Source of the DNA: Thermoplasmatota archaeon
Lineage (GTDB): Archaea; Thermoplasmatota; E2; JACPAO01; JAHFTW01
DNA: 64,000 nucleotides
NCBI GenBank assembly: GCA_041601615.1
Contig: JBFIHX010000011.1
Span: 11,375 to 75,374, forward strand
Direction of reading: 5' to 3'
The translations under genes were made by a program, and so were the position numbers. The stretch's first letter is position 1; each line of letters opens with the position of its first letter. Positions 39,754-49,325 of the stretch are shown piece by piece. Under the pieces are notes generated by a model that was not told where the DNA came from, made no database searches, and was given only the letters and a program-made list of their open reading frames with translations.

Positions 39754-41145
39754 ATGAACATCATGGCTGCGCCGTCCACCCAGAGTGCAGCAGGCATGGA
39801 CCAGAAGAGCCTGTTGCGCGGATCTCCCGATGCTTTGCTGATCGTGGAAGGGACGCGGGTCCTGGAGGCCAACGACCGTGCCCTTGCGCTTTTTTCTGGT
39901 GCACCAGGGCCCCTCGTGGGATTGACCTTGGAGGCGTTGTTTCCGGGCGGACTTGCTCTAGAGGAGGATTGTCCATACAGCGTGGTGCCGGCGCTGGACC
40001 AAGGTGGCAAGGCGACCCGTTCTGTCGAGGTCTGCACGCGAGAGCTCGTGGAAGGCCCACGGCGACTCTTGGTTGTGAGTGCCCGGGATGCTTCGACCCG
40101 TGTCGGCGATCTTGGCAATCTGGAGCGCATGGAGAAGCGGTTCAACGAAGCACAGAAAGTGGCGCACATCGGCAGCTGGTCCTGGGACATCCCCGAAGAC
40201 AAGGTGACCTGGACGGACGAGTTGTATCGACTCTATGGGCTGGAGCCGCAGAGCGAGTATATTGACTACCAACGATATCTGCAACTGATCCATCCGGAAG
40301 ACCGCGAGGCCGCAGATGGCGTGGTGCAGGAGGCGTTCAAATCTCTCTCCACATTTGATTTTCAACACCGGCTGATGATGTCGAATGGAGGGACCCGGTG
40401 GCTGCGGGGCAGGGGCGAGGTCTTCACCGACGGCTCGGGTGCCCCGGTGCGGATGGTGGGCACGGCCCAGGACATCACGGAGCAGAAGGCAGCAGAGAAG
40501 ATCGTCGAAGACGCGCTCCACGAGAAGGAGGTGCTCCTCAAGGAGGTCCATCATCGCGTCAAGAACAACCTGCAGATCGTCTCCAGCCTCCTTCGCATCC
40601 AGGGACGAAAAACAGGTGACGAGGCATCCCAGGTTGTGCTGGCCCAGAGCCGCAGCCGCATCCGTTCCATGGCCTTGGTGCACGAGAAGCTGTACAGATC
40701 CCGCGATTTTGCCAGCTTGGACGCATCGGAATACTTGGGCGACCTGCTTGCGGAACTGCGCCTCAGCCTATCCGTGCCGCACGGGATCAAGGTAGAACTG
40801 GCCGTACAGCCATTCCGTCTGGACCTGGATCGCGCCATCACTTTTGGCCTCCTCACCAACGAACTGGTCACCAACGCATTCAAGCATGCGTTTACCCAGC
40901 CGAGCGGCCATGTGATTGTGCGGGGCGGGCTTGACCCGACCGGCGCGACGTTCCTGGAGGTCGAAGACGACGGCGTCGGTTTGCCCGAGCCCTTCGACCC
41001 TACAGAGGCAGAGACCCTCGGGATGCGACTCGTCCACACGCTTGTCGACCAATTGGGCGGTTCCCTCTCCTGGGGCCCAGGCCAAAGCGGGACGAGCAAA
41101 GACCGCAAGGGATCCAGGTTCCTGATCCGGGTGGAGCAACAATGA
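39754..41145 (+). CDS. PAS-domain sensor histidine kinase (HisKA_2/HWE-like)
   Basis: PAS GSWSWD..IHPEDR, H-box EVHHRVKNNLQ, NELVTNAFKHAF and DDGVG. Start uncertain. Confidence 0.92.
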   Translation: MNIMAAPSTQSAAGMDQKSLLRGSPDALLIVEGTRVLEANDRALALFSGAPGPLVGLTLEALFPGGLALEEDCPYSVVPALDQGGKATRSVEVCTRELVEGPRRLLVVSARDASTRVGDLGNLERMEKRFNEAQKVAHIGSWSWDIPEDKVTWTDELYRLYGLEPQSEYIDYQRYLQLIHPEDREAADGVVQEAFKSLSTFDFQHRLMMSNGGTRWLRGRGEVFTDGSGAPVRMVGTAQDITEQKAAEKIVEDALHEKEVLLKEVHHRVKNNLQIVSSLLRIQGRKTGDEASQVVLAQSRSRIRSMALVHEKLYRSRDFASLDASEYLGDLLAELRLSLSVPHGIKVELAVQPFRLDLDRAITFGLLTNELVTNAFKHAFTQPSGHVIVRGGLDPTGATFLEVEDDGVGLPEPFDPTEAETLGMRLVHTLVDQLGGSLSWGPGQSGTSKDRKGSRFLIRVEQQ

Positions 41146-41900
41146 GTTCCCGGATTATGATCGTGGAGGACGAGGGGATCATTGCCACGGACCTAGCAGA
41201 GAGTCTCACTGAACAAGGCTACGAGGTCGTTGGCACATGCCGCACGGGAGAGGATGCCGTGGACCAGGTCATGAGATTGGCCCCGGACTTGATCCTGATG
41301 GACATCCACCTGGGGGGCCCCATGGATGGAACCGAGGCGGCCCGCATCATCCGCGACAAGGCGGACGCGGCCATCGTCTATCTTACTGCCTACGCCGACC
41401 CGGAGACGTTTGAGTCTGCCCAGGATGCAGCGCCCTACGGCTACCTTGTCAAACCCTACGAGGACCAGAACCTGCGCACCACCGTTGAGACGGCGTTGCG
41501 ACGGCGCAACGAAGCACGCCGCAGCAGACGCATGTCCACCATCCAAACCACTGCACTCGACCACCTTCACGAGGGAATCGTGATCGTGCTGGAGGACGGC
41601 ACCGTAGAACAGTCGAACCAGGTAGCCCGAGACCTGCTGGGGCAGGATCTGGAGGCGCTTGGAGCGCTTCTTTCCTCGGCAAACAAGACCGTGGGCCCGT
41701 CCATTGGACCCTGGCAGACCCTGGCCTCCGGATCACCGCACCCGTCGAGGGCACCGGGTGGCCCATGCATGGTGTCTGCGACCCGCATCGACGAGGCATG
41801 GGTGTTGATCCTGACCCCCGGGACGGATGCACGGGAACATGGCAGGCGGGTGCAGACCGTGAAGGCGAGCATTCGGGTACGCGCCAGTCAGTTGATCTGA
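41142..41900 (+). CDS. Response regulator receiver with PAS-like C-terminus
   Basis: IVEDE, LMDIHL, YLTAY and LVKP; overlaps the kinase stop. Confidence 0.9.
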   Translation: MSSRIMIVEDEGIIATDLAESLTEQGYEVVGTCRTGEDAVDQVMRLAPDLILMDIHLGGPMDGTEAARIIRDKADAAIVYLTAYADPETFESAQDAAPYGYLVKPYEDQNLRTTVETALRRRNEARRSRRMSTIQTTALDHLHEGIVIVLEDGTVEQSNQVARDLLGQDLEALGALLSSANKTVGPSIGPWQTLASGSPHPSRAPGGPCMVSATRIDEAWVLILTPGTDAREHGRRVQTVKASIRVRASQLI

Positions 41901-41905
41901 CTCGA

Positions 41906-42604
41906 CTACGCGAGGACCGCCTCAAGCCGGCACAGCACCGCGCCGTTGTGCACCAGGGCCGAGCGGACGCTTCCGGTGGTTGCGGCGGCGGGCGCTGACA
42001 GGCACACCAGATCTCCGGCGCGAAGAGGCTGGGCGGCGTGGGCCGCGGTGAGAGCTGCGTGCCAGTCCATGAGGGCTTTTGCGGGTTTGATGCGCGACAA
42101 GTCGTCTACGAAGGCCGAGAATGCGAGGCTGCGCACGTCGGAGATTTCGTCCCAGTCGCAGAGCCAGGGGCCAAGGGCAACGTGGTCGGCGACGGCGTGG
42201 AATGTGGTCCAGCCGGCAAGCAGCGGCATCCAGTCTTCGGGGACTTTGGCGGCGTTCAGGTCTTCGCCGACGACGGCTGCCACACCCGTGAACCAGTCGC
42301 CGCCAGGAAGGCCGCCGCCGGGGTGGACGACGTGGGCGGGCCGCAGGTCGCCGCTGGCGCCGCCAGCAAGCCAGACGCGCATGGGCTCCAGGGGGGCCAG
42401 GAGGCGCGCATTTTCAATGCGGCGCAGGAACTGTTGCGGCGGTCGTCCGCGAACGAGGCGCTCGAGTCGAGCCCGGAGCGCTTGGTCCGTGGCGGCTTCC
42501 AGGACCGTGTGCTCGCCGTCGGCGGCGCGAAGGTCGAGAACGTACTCGTCGTATAGGACGCAGGGCCGGGCAGTGCCGGCGTCGTCGAAGCGGGAGATGC
42601 GCAT
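41906..42604 (-). CDS. Degenerate fumarylacetoacetate-hydrolase-family protein
   Basis: FAH-like scaffold (RLLAPL, VAAVVG, LAGWT, LGPWL, PLRAGDLV) without the ExE/D metal ligands. Confidence 0.55.
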   Translation of the reverse strand: MRISRFDDAGTARPCVLYDEYVLDLRAADGEHTVLEAATDQALRARLERLVRGRPPQQFLRRIENARLLAPLEPMRVWLAGGASGDLRPAHVVHPGGGLPGGDWFTGVAAVVGEDLNAAKVPEDWMPLLAGWTTFHAVADHVALGPWLCDWDEISDVRSLAFSAFVDDLSRIKPAKALMDWHAALTAAHAAQPLRAGDLVCLSAPAAATTGSVRSALVHNGAVLCRLEAVLA

Positions 42605-42663
42605 CGCTGAAGCGCGGGGAGGTGGCCGCGTGCATAACGGTGACGACCGGGCCGTAACCTCAA

Positions 42664-42682
42664 TATACACGTGTGTACACAT
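42664..42682. promoter_or_regulatory. Overlapping palindromes (ACACGTGT; TGTGTACACA), putative vapBC operator
   Basis: Directly upstream of the antitoxin ATG at 42690. Confidence 0.5.
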
Positions 42683-42689
42683 TGCAACT

Positions 42690-42923
42690 ATGGCTTCCAA
42701 GACCCTCAACGTCAGTGTCCAGGCCTATGCGGTCGCCGAAGCTCACAAGCGTCCTGGAGAGTCGTTTAGTGAACTTTTGCTCCGGTCGTTTCGGCCTACG
42801 AGCCTCTTGGACCTTGCGGGCATCTTGACTGCGGCCCAGGCGGACGAATTGGAGGCGGCAGTCAAGGACGGTCGCGCCCAGAGCCGTGCTCGTGAGGACA
42901 AGCAATCGGAGCACTGGGCGTGA
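42690..42923 (+). CDS. Archaeal VapB-family antitoxin
   Basis: MASKTLNVS..AY....KRPGESFSELLLR...LLDLAGIL. Confidence 0.85.
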   Translation: MASKTLNVSVQAYAVAEAHKRPGESFSELLLRSFRPTSLLDLAGILTAAQADELEAAVKDGRAQSRAREDKQSEHWA

Positions 42924-43315
42924 CCCTCGCCGACACCTGTTTTCTCATCGATGTCATGCGTGGGGACCAGGGTGCCATCGATCTTCTGCATCAGTGGGAT
43001 GAGGAGGGCTGGATCATGCACACGAGCATCGTGAGCGTCTTTGAGTTGCACCGAGGGGCCGCCATGGTGGACTGGCCTCCCAAGCAACTAGAGAAGATCC
43101 GCCAAGCGCTTGCTGGTATGCCGACCCTGGGCCTGGATTCGGAGGCTGCGGCGATTGGGGGGCAACTGGCTGGGCAATTGAACCGACTGGGGCAACGCAT
43201 TGATCCTGAGGACTGTATGATTGCCGGTGTGGCGATTCGCAACGCGAAGGCGGTCGTGACGCGCAACGAGAAACACTTTGGCAGGATTGTGGGCGTGCGG
43301 GTGCAGCAATACTAG
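42920..43315 (+). CDS. vapC: PIN-domain toxin VapC
   Basis: DTCFLID, SVFEL, EDCMIAG and VTRNEKHF. Confidence 0.9.
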   Translation: MTLADTCFLIDVMRGDQGAIDLLHQWDEEGWIMHTSIVSVFELHRGAAMVDWPPKQLEKIRQALAGMPTLGLDSEAAAIGGQLAGQLNRLGQRIDPEDCMIAGVAIRNAKAVVTRNEKHFGRIVGVRVQQY

Positions 43316-43329
43316 GGGCGCCAGACCGC

Positions 43330-44142
43330 TCAGTCATTCCAAATATCGATGCCGTACACGGCGCCCCGGGGGCAGGAGGTTTCCCGGTATCCGTCCTTGC
43401 CTACAAGTCGCACGGCTTTGGTGGATTGGGGTTCAACGTAGGTTTTGACGAGGTCCATGCAGACAATGTTCCAGTCCCCATCGAGGCCGTAGTACGAGAG
43501 GGCAAATTCACGGGTCTGGTACGCCTGGTTGCTCAGATTCAAGGCAAGGTCGCTGCGGCTGCCGTAGTCGAAGGTGTACGCGATGTTCTTCGCGAATTTT
43601 GGCTCGCTGTAGACGCCTGCGGGACTGACGCTCCAGGAGAGGCTGTGTACGTAGGGTGCTTCGATTTCGCTGATGTCGTCGATGACGATGCTGAAGGGCA
43701 TGATTTGCCCCTTGCGCAAAAATTCGTGGCAGTCGCCGAATCGGTCGGCAACGGGACCGACGCAGAAGGATTGGTCGTTGCCAAGCTCCGTGCCGTCGGG
43801 TGCATACGCGGTGGCTTCGATGGAAAACAGCCGCCCGACGCCCGTGCCGTGGTAGGATATGAGGCCAAGGATGCTGAAACCTAGCCCCGTTTGCCCGGTC
43901 TTCATCCATTGGGTGTGGATGCGGTAGTCGCCAACTAGGAGGCCCTGTTCGGCGATGGTTTCGTTGATGAAGGGCACGCCGATGCAGTAGTCGTCGCACG
44001 AGAGGTCGCCAAGGAGGAATCCATCGGGGTAGTCGGGCTTCGCGCCTGTTCCGGGATTGTCGTCGGTTGGTGGTTCGAGGCAGCCTGCAAGACTCGCAAG
44101 CAGCGCACTCAGGGCAAGAAAAACGGGAGCCACTTGCCTCAT
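43330..44142 (-). CDS. Lipoprotein of unknown function (Ig-like/FxLYD-like)
   Basis: Lipobox SLAG-C; beta-rich with IEATAYAPDGTELG. Confidence 0.65.
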   Translation of the reverse strand: MRQVAPVFLALSALLASLAGCLEPPTDDNPGTGAKPDYPDGFLLGDLSCDDYCIGVPFINETIAEQGLLVGDYRIHTQWMKTGQTGLGFSILGLISYHGTGVGRLFSIEATAYAPDGTELGNDQSFCVGPVADRFGDCHEFLRKGQIMPFSIVIDDISEIEAPYVHSLSWSVSPAGVYSEPKFAKNIAYTFDYGSRSDLALNLSNQAYQTREFALSYYGLDGDWNIVCMDLVKTYVEPQSTKAVRLVGKDGYRETSCPRGAVYGIDIWND

Positions 44143-44180
44143 GCATGTCCTTTTGGGCCGCAGGTGGCCGTGGAGCTTCA

Positions 44181-45332
44181 TCAGTCGTTCAACTGCGGAT
44201 TTTCCACTGTCCGGCTCGTCTCGCCCACTTGTTGGCGCTCGATGCTCTCGAACAAGGCGCGGAAGTTGCCCTCGCCGAAGCCCTGTTCGCCGTGGCGCTG
44301 GATGACCTCGTAGAAGAACGGACCGGCGGCGGCCTCGTTGTACAGCAGGCTTGCTTCCTTCATGAAAATCTGAAGGAGGTAGCGGTTGTCGCGGCCGTCC
44401 ACGAGGATTTTGCGCTTCTGGAGTTCTTCGATGTCTTCCTTGAGGTTCTCCACGGCCCGCTCGGCCATGCGCTCGGGGAGCATTTCGTAGTAGCTGGCGG
44501 GGGTGTCTAGGAACTGGAGGCCGGCTTTCTGCATCTGGGGCACGGTGTCCATGATTTGGCTCGTGGACAGCGCGATGTGCTGGACGCCGGGGCCGCCGTT
44601 GTCTTCGACGTACTTTTGGATTTGACTGCCGTAGAAGTTGGGCGAAAGCGGCTCGTTGGTGGCGAACTTGACGTTGCTCTTGGGGTCGCGCATCACGATG
44701 GAGTTGAGGCCGCTGCCTACCGCTTCGGGGTTGCTGTCTTGGGTGTGGAAGCGAATGTCCCAGAAGTGTTCGAAGCCGAGCACGTCGCGGTACCAGTTCA
44801 CGAGGCCGTGTAGGTCCCTTGTGTTGCTGGTGATGTGGTCCATGTGGGTGAAGGCGTGGCGGTTGACGGCGCTGCTGCCGGCCACGGGGGTGAGGTGGGG
44901 GTCTGTGGCGCCTTCTTTCTTTTCGACGAAGGCGTATTCCACGTCTCCGAGCGGACTGGCGATGTGGAATTGCTTGTAGCCGTCTTTGACCCAGGGTTCG
45001 TCGATGAGGTTGGCGTTGCGTTCGCCGAGGACCTTGTACGCGTGGTCGACGCTTTCGACGCGGAAGGCGACGGTGCGCACGCCGTCTGGGTGGTGGCGCA
45101 GGAATTTGCCCGCGTGGCTGTCGCTTCGAGTCGGCGCGGTGACGCGGATGCGGCTGCGGGCGGCTTCAAAGAGGAGGCTGGTTTCGCCGAATTCCTCTTC
45201 GAATGCGGCGTCGCTTTGGGCCGTGAGCGCCATGTCCATTTTTTGGCCATAGAAGCCGCGGCTGCGGGCGATGTCGTGGACGACGAAGTCCACATGGTCG
45301 ACGCGCTGGATGCCGAGGTTCTCGATGGTCAT
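44181..45332 (-). CDS. hppD: 4-hydroxyphenylpyruvate dioxygenase
   Basis: DHITSN, SQIQKY..GPGVQHIAL, YLLQIF and FFYEVIQR..GFGEGNFRALFESIE. Confidence 0.96.
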   Translation of the reverse strand: MTIENLGIQRVDHVDFVVHDIARSRGFYGQKMDMALTAQSDAAFEEEFGETSLLFEAARSRIRVTAPTRSDSHAGKFLRHHPDGVRTVAFRVESVDHAYKVLGERNANLIDEPWVKDGYKQFHIASPLGDVEYAFVEKKEGATDPHLTPVAGSSAVNRHAFTHMDHITSNTRDLHGLVNWYRDVLGFEHFWDIRFHTQDSNPEAVGSGLNSIVMRDPKSNVKFATNEPLSPNFYGSQIQKYVEDNGGPGVQHIALSTSQIMDTVPQMQKAGLQFLDTPASYYEMLPERMAERAVENLKEDIEELQKRKILVDGRDNRYLLQIFMKEASLLYNEAAAGPFFYEVIQRHGEQGFGEGNFRALFESIERQQVGETSRTVENPQLND

Positions 45333-45465
45333 GGTCTAGCCGAAGAGGCAGCCTACTTGAAATTTGGGCAAGCGGCGGCTTTTGGAGCAAAGTGGCTAGG
45401 GCCGGCGCGGGAGCGGGGTGGACGCACATGGGCGCGCTTATCGTGGGCGTGCGGATGGACGATTG

Positions 45466-46428
45466 ATGCATGTCGTGACCCGTCGCTCGGGAACGTGGAC
45501 GGTCGGCGAGGCAGACGCAAGCCGAGCCGCCGATTCGGCCCTGGAGGCCCGCTCGGACCCGAAGGTGATGGCTTGGGTGCGTGCTGGGGGTGCGCCGATG
45601 CAGGAGTTGGCGATTCTAGGCGATCGCCTTGGATTGCACCCGTTGGCGTTGGAGGATGTGCAGACGACTCGGCAGCGTCCGAAGGTCGAGGATTATGGCG
45701 ATGTGACGTTCGTTGTGGTGCGTGTGCCTCGGTATGATGGCGAGGTTTCGTGGAAGCAAGTGGGCATTTTTTTGGGCCCGGATTTCGTGGTGACGGCGTC
45801 TGAGGCGCCGTTGCCGGAGTTGGATGCTGTGGAGCGCAGGGTCTTGGAGCGCGGGCTTCCGGAGGATCGTGGCTCGGCGTGTTTTCTATTCTATCTTATT
45901 TTGGATGCGTTGGTGGATGCGTGGTTTCCGTTCATGGATGCGTTGGAGGAGCACTTGGATGAATTGGAGGACAAGGTCATCGAGCACGCGGGTCAGGAGT
46001 TGCTTACCAGCATCCGCAACGTGAAGCGCACCATCAGCCGGACGCGCAAGGTCAGCGGGCCGATGCGGGAGGCGTCGCTGGCGTTGGAGCGCGGTGATCA
46101 CAAGTCCATACTCGCTGGCACGCGGATCTATCTTCGTGACGTGAGCGACCACATGGTTCGCATCACGGAGCGCTTGGAGCACGTCAAGGAATCGAGTTTG
46201 ATTGCCCAGGAGACTTGGAATGCGACGCTGGCCAACCACCAGAATGAGTTGATGAAGAGGCTCACGGTCATCGCCGCGCTTCTCCTGTTGCCGGGGTTGC
46301 TTGCGGGCCTTGGTGGCATGAATTTTGTGCGTGGGTTTCCCGATTGGGGGTACTGGACTGTGGTGTCTTCGATTGTGGGTATTGTGCTGATCGGATTGAC
46401 GTTTGCGCGTCTTAAGCGGTGGATTTGA
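45466..46428 (+). CDS. corA: CorA-family Mg2+/Co2+ transporter
   Basis: LHPLALED, QRPKVEDY, GMN signature and two C-terminal TMs. Confidence 0.92.
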   Translation: MHVVTRRSGTWTVGEADASRAADSALEARSDPKVMAWVRAGGAPMQELAILGDRLGLHPLALEDVQTTRQRPKVEDYGDVTFVVVRVPRYDGEVSWKQVGIFLGPDFVVTASEAPLPELDAVERRVLERGLPEDRGSACFLFYLILDALVDAWFPFMDALEEHLDELEDKVIEHAGQELLTSIRNVKRTISRTRKVSGPMREASLALERGDHKSILAGTRIYLRDVSDHMVRITERLEHVKESSLIAQETWNATLANHQNELMKRLTVIAALLLLPGLLAGLGGMNFVRGFPDWGYWTVVSSIVGIVLIGLTFARLKRWI

Positions 46429-46477
46429 AGTGACCTCGGTTGGCCGGGTTCGAGCCCGATCCATGGTGGGTGCGTAG

Positions 46478-47221
46478 GTGCTTCGAGAATCCAAATCAGC
46501 AAAGCGGCAGCGCGCCGTCGCGATCGATGCAGCGTTGCAAGCGGCCTACCCGCTTTCTACGTGCGCGCTGGACCACGGTTCTCCGTTCCAACTGCTTGTG
46601 GCCACGGCGATGAGTGCGCAAACTACGGATGTGGCGGTCAACCATGCGACGGCCAAGTTGTTTGCTCGTTTTCCTACGGCAGAGGCGATGGCGGCAGCTC
46701 CTGACGGGGAGATTGAGGCGTGCATCAACAGCATTGGACTTTGGCGCAACAAGGCGCGCAATGCACGGGCGGCGGCGCGGATGATCGCGGATGATTTTGG
46801 TGGCGAGGTGCCACGGACTGTGGAGGAATTGGTGCGGTTGCCGGGTGTTGGGCGCAAGACTGCGACGGCGGTGCTGGGCACGGCGTTTGGCATCGCAGCG
46901 GGTGTGACGGTGGACACGCATATGCTGCGCATCAATCGGCTTGCGGCTCTTTCGAAGGAGACGGATCCGGACAAAATGGCGCGGGACCTAGAGGTGCTTT
47001 TGCCCCGTGACCAGTGGCCGCATTATACGCATCGAATCATTGACCATGGGCGACTCGTGTGTGTTGCCCGGCGGCCTCGTTGCGGGGTGTGCGTGCTGCA
47101 AAAGAATGGTCTTTGCCCGTCTGCGTTTGACGAAGCGGCGGGGTACAAGGCAGGCAACGATGAACGGGAGCCGGCGAGTGCGAAGGGATTGAGTTGGTTG
47201 AGTCGACGCAGCCTTCCTTGA
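46478..47221 (+). CDS. nth: Endonuclease III
   Basis: SAQTTD, HhH LPGVGRKTA, VDTH and the C-x6-C-x2-C-x8-C Fe-S motif. Confidence 0.95.
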   Translation: MLRESKSAKRQRAVAIDAALQAAYPLSTCALDHGSPFQLLVATAMSAQTTDVAVNHATAKLFARFPTAEAMAAAPDGEIEACINSIGLWRNKARNARAAARMIADDFGGEVPRTVEELVRLPGVGRKTATAVLGTAFGIAAGVTVDTHMLRINRLAALSKETDPDKMARDLEVLLPRDQWPHYTHRIIDHGRLVCVARRPRCGVCVLQKNGLCPSAFDEAAGYKAGNDEREPASAKGLSWLSRRSLP

Positions 47222-47265
47222 TGCCATGGCGCAAGGGCGGTCGTTTGGATGGAAGGTGGGCTTTC

Positions 47266-47508
47266 CTAGAGGGCGCGGACGTAGAAGTCGCACTCGCCGT
47301 TCGAGCCGCCGCCTGCGGAGTAGAGGACGCCAAAGTCCACGGTTTGGTACTGGAAGTGGCAGCTGAGGCCCGTTTGCATGGGTCCGACGCTGAAGGGAAT
47401 GCCGGCGATTTCCCCTTGCACCGTGGTTGGGTCTGCTGTGGCGGTCGGGGACATGAGGGCGCCCGTGATGAGCAGACAGAGGGCTAGGAGGTGCATCATT
47501 GTGCGCAT
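47266..47508 (-). CDS. Small secreted disulfide peptide (paralog of 50562..50798)
   Basis: Signal peptide; GEIAGIPFSVGP...C..YQTVDFGVLYS.G....GECDFYVRAL. Confidence 0.75.
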   Translation of the reverse strand: MRTMMHLLALCLLITGALMSPTATADPTTVQGEIAGIPFSVGPMQTGLSCHFQYQTVDFGVLYSAGGGSNGECDFYVRAL

Positions 47509-47666
47509 GCCGCCGCATCTTTTGCTGGGAAGATGACGTTTTCTCGGGACAAATGCAAACGTCTCCTGCTTGCATCGTGCCCGTGGCAATCCATGGGCAG
47601 GGACATTCAAGAATTGGGGGCGGGGGTAGGGGTGAAGCGGGGAAAATTGAGCGATGAGTGATCCTC

Positions 47667-47870
47667 TCAGGTGTCGATGAAGATGTAGAGACTGCATGGG
47701 CCCGCGTACTCGCCGCCGCTGCCGACCCAGGCTTCGCCCCAGAATCCGTAGACGCCGTTGGTGCCTTTGCACATGCCGGGCAAATCTTGGTCTACGGTGA
47801 CGTCCGCGGCGGCATGGGGAACTGTGGTGGTCAGAAGGGCAAGCATGGCGACGACGAGGAGTGCGCGCAT
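47667..47870 (-). CDS. Small secreted disulfide peptide (67 aa)
   Basis: Signal MRALLVVAMLALLTTTVPHAAA; one C-x24-C module ending GPCSLYIFIDT. Confidence 0.7.
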   Translation of the reverse strand: MRALLVVAMLALLTTTVPHAAADVTVDQDLPGMCKGTNGVYGFWGEAWVGSGGEYAGPCSLYIFIDT

Positions 47871-47939
47871 GCTGCCGGATGGAAGGTGGAATGGTTCAAT
47901 GTAATTCGGGATGAACGCAAAAACACGGTTTGGACAGAC

Positions 47940-48067
47940 TGGGGCGAGAATGGGAAGGAGCTGAAGGGTGAGGGGGCAGGAGGGAGAAGGAGTGAGGGAG
48001 GGAAGGGGCGGGGGGAATGGAGCGAGAGGGGGAAGGGTGGTGTGGGGTGTGGGGAAAGAGGAGGAGA
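47940..48067 (-). terminator. Long C/T-rich tract (sense strand) downstream of a gene; G-rich on + strand
   Basis: About 125 nt, mostly G/A on + strand, directly 3' of the 48082 stop. Similar tracts follow other genes. Confidence 0.45.
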
Positions 48068-48081
48068 TATTGGCAGTGTTT

Positions 48082-48417
48082 CTAGCTGGATTCGACGTAG
48101 ACCTTGCAGTCGCCGTGGCTGTAGGCGCGGAACGAGAACATGGGGTGGGTCGAGAAGTCAAGCAAGACGCAGCCGACCACGAAGGGGCCGTCGCCTTCGG
48201 CGTTGACATCGCAGCGGCCGCGGCTGTAGACGCGGGGCTCGACGGCAGGGCTCGTGGAGAACGGTGCGTTGGCGCAGTCGATGCTGTTGTTTCGGTAGTC
48301 GACGCTGACGTTGCCGACTTCCGCGTGCACGGACAACGGGCCGGCCGTTGCGGCGGGGGCGAGGCCGATCACGAGGACGGCCACGAGCAGGCTTCCGAGG
48401 AACATTGGGGTTCGCAT
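48082..48417 (-). CDS. Small secreted protein with two C-x20-C modules
   Basis: Signal peptide; CANAPF...YSRGRCDV and CVLLDF...YSHGDCKVYV. Confidence 0.72.
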   Translation of the reverse strand: MRTPMFLGSLLVAVLVIGLAPAATAGPLSVHAEVGNVSVDYRNNSIDCANAPFSTSPAVEPRVYSRGRCDVNAEGDGPFVVGCVLLDFSTHPMFSFRAYSHGDCKVYVESS

Positions 48418-48590
48418 GGTATCACCTTGACGCCATTTCGGCGCCGGGCTCAGCATCTACCTCGGGATGATTGTGGTTGTGGTCGAGGATGAAACATCGA
48501 CGGACGAAGGCACGAATTTTGCTTGCAAAGAGTAGAGAATGGGATGGGGTCAGAGGAAGAAGGGAGGAGGATGGTGTTCGTGGGTGCGTC

Positions 48591-49325
48591 CTAGAACACT
48601 TGCTGGCCGGCAACCCAGAGGTGGCTCTCGCAGGAGCTGATGGCTTGGTAGCGCACGAGTCCGTTGTCGTGTTCGTAGTAGTAGTACATGCACATGGGCT
48701 CGGGGCCGCCGTCGGTTCCGGAAGCTTGCTGGAACAGGGGTTCACCGAAGACGAACACTTCGTATTGGCAGGTGCTGCGGCTGACCACGTACACGGTTTC
48801 GGGGTCGCCGTAGGTGGCGTAGCGGTCCATGCAGGGGTAGTCGCCGGCGCCGCCGTCGGTGGCGATGAAGTCGAGTTCGTTGAACTTCACGTCGTACGAG
48901 CAGCTGCTGTACTGGTAGACGGTGACGACGACCAGGTTCCACTCGTTGTAGATGGAGTAGCACGGGGGCATCTCGAAGCTGGAGGCAGCCATGCGGCCGA
49001 GGGCGGGTTCGCCAAAGAGGTACAGTTCGTAGCTGCAGGTGCTGCGGCTGACGATGTAGACGGTGTCGGGGTCGCCGTAGGTGGCGTAGCGGTACATGCA
49101 GGGCGGGCCGCTGCTATCTTGGGCGGTCACGAGGTCCATGTCGTTGAGTTTCACTTCATAGGAACAGCTGCTGTACTGATAGACGGTGACGACGCCGAGG
49201 TCCCACTCGTTGTAGATGTCGTAGCAATCGGGCCCGTCGGGCAGGTCCGGTCCACCGGCACTTGCGGCGGGCATGAGGAGTACGGAGGCGAGTGCCGAGA
49301 GGGCAAGGAGGGTTGTTGTGTTCAT
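48591..49325 (-). CDS. Secreted Tyr-rich protein with five C-x19/20-C modules (A-B-A-B-C)
   Basis: CY.IYNEW.L.VVTVYQYSSCSY twice, CM.RYATYGDP.TVY.VSRSTC.Y twice, then CMYYYYEHDNGLVRYQAISSC; GGAG RBS. Confidence 0.8.
   Translation of the reverse strand: MNTTTLLALSALASVLLMPAASAGGPDLPDGPDCYDIYNEWDLGVVTVYQYSSCSYEVKLNDMDLVTAQDSSGPPCMYRYATYGDPDTVYIVSRSTCSYELYLFGEPALGRMAASSFEMPPCYSIYNEWNLVVVTVYQYSSCSYDVKFNELDFIATDGGAGDYPCMDRYATYGDPETVYVVSRSTCQYEVFVFGEPLFQQASGTDGGPEPMCMYYYYEHDNGLVRYQAISSCESHLWVAGQQVF

Noticed and set aside
46443-46462. tRNA T-arm-like CCGGGTTCGAGCCCG
   Set aside because: 6-nt loop and no acceptor, D or anticodon arms; not a tRNA.
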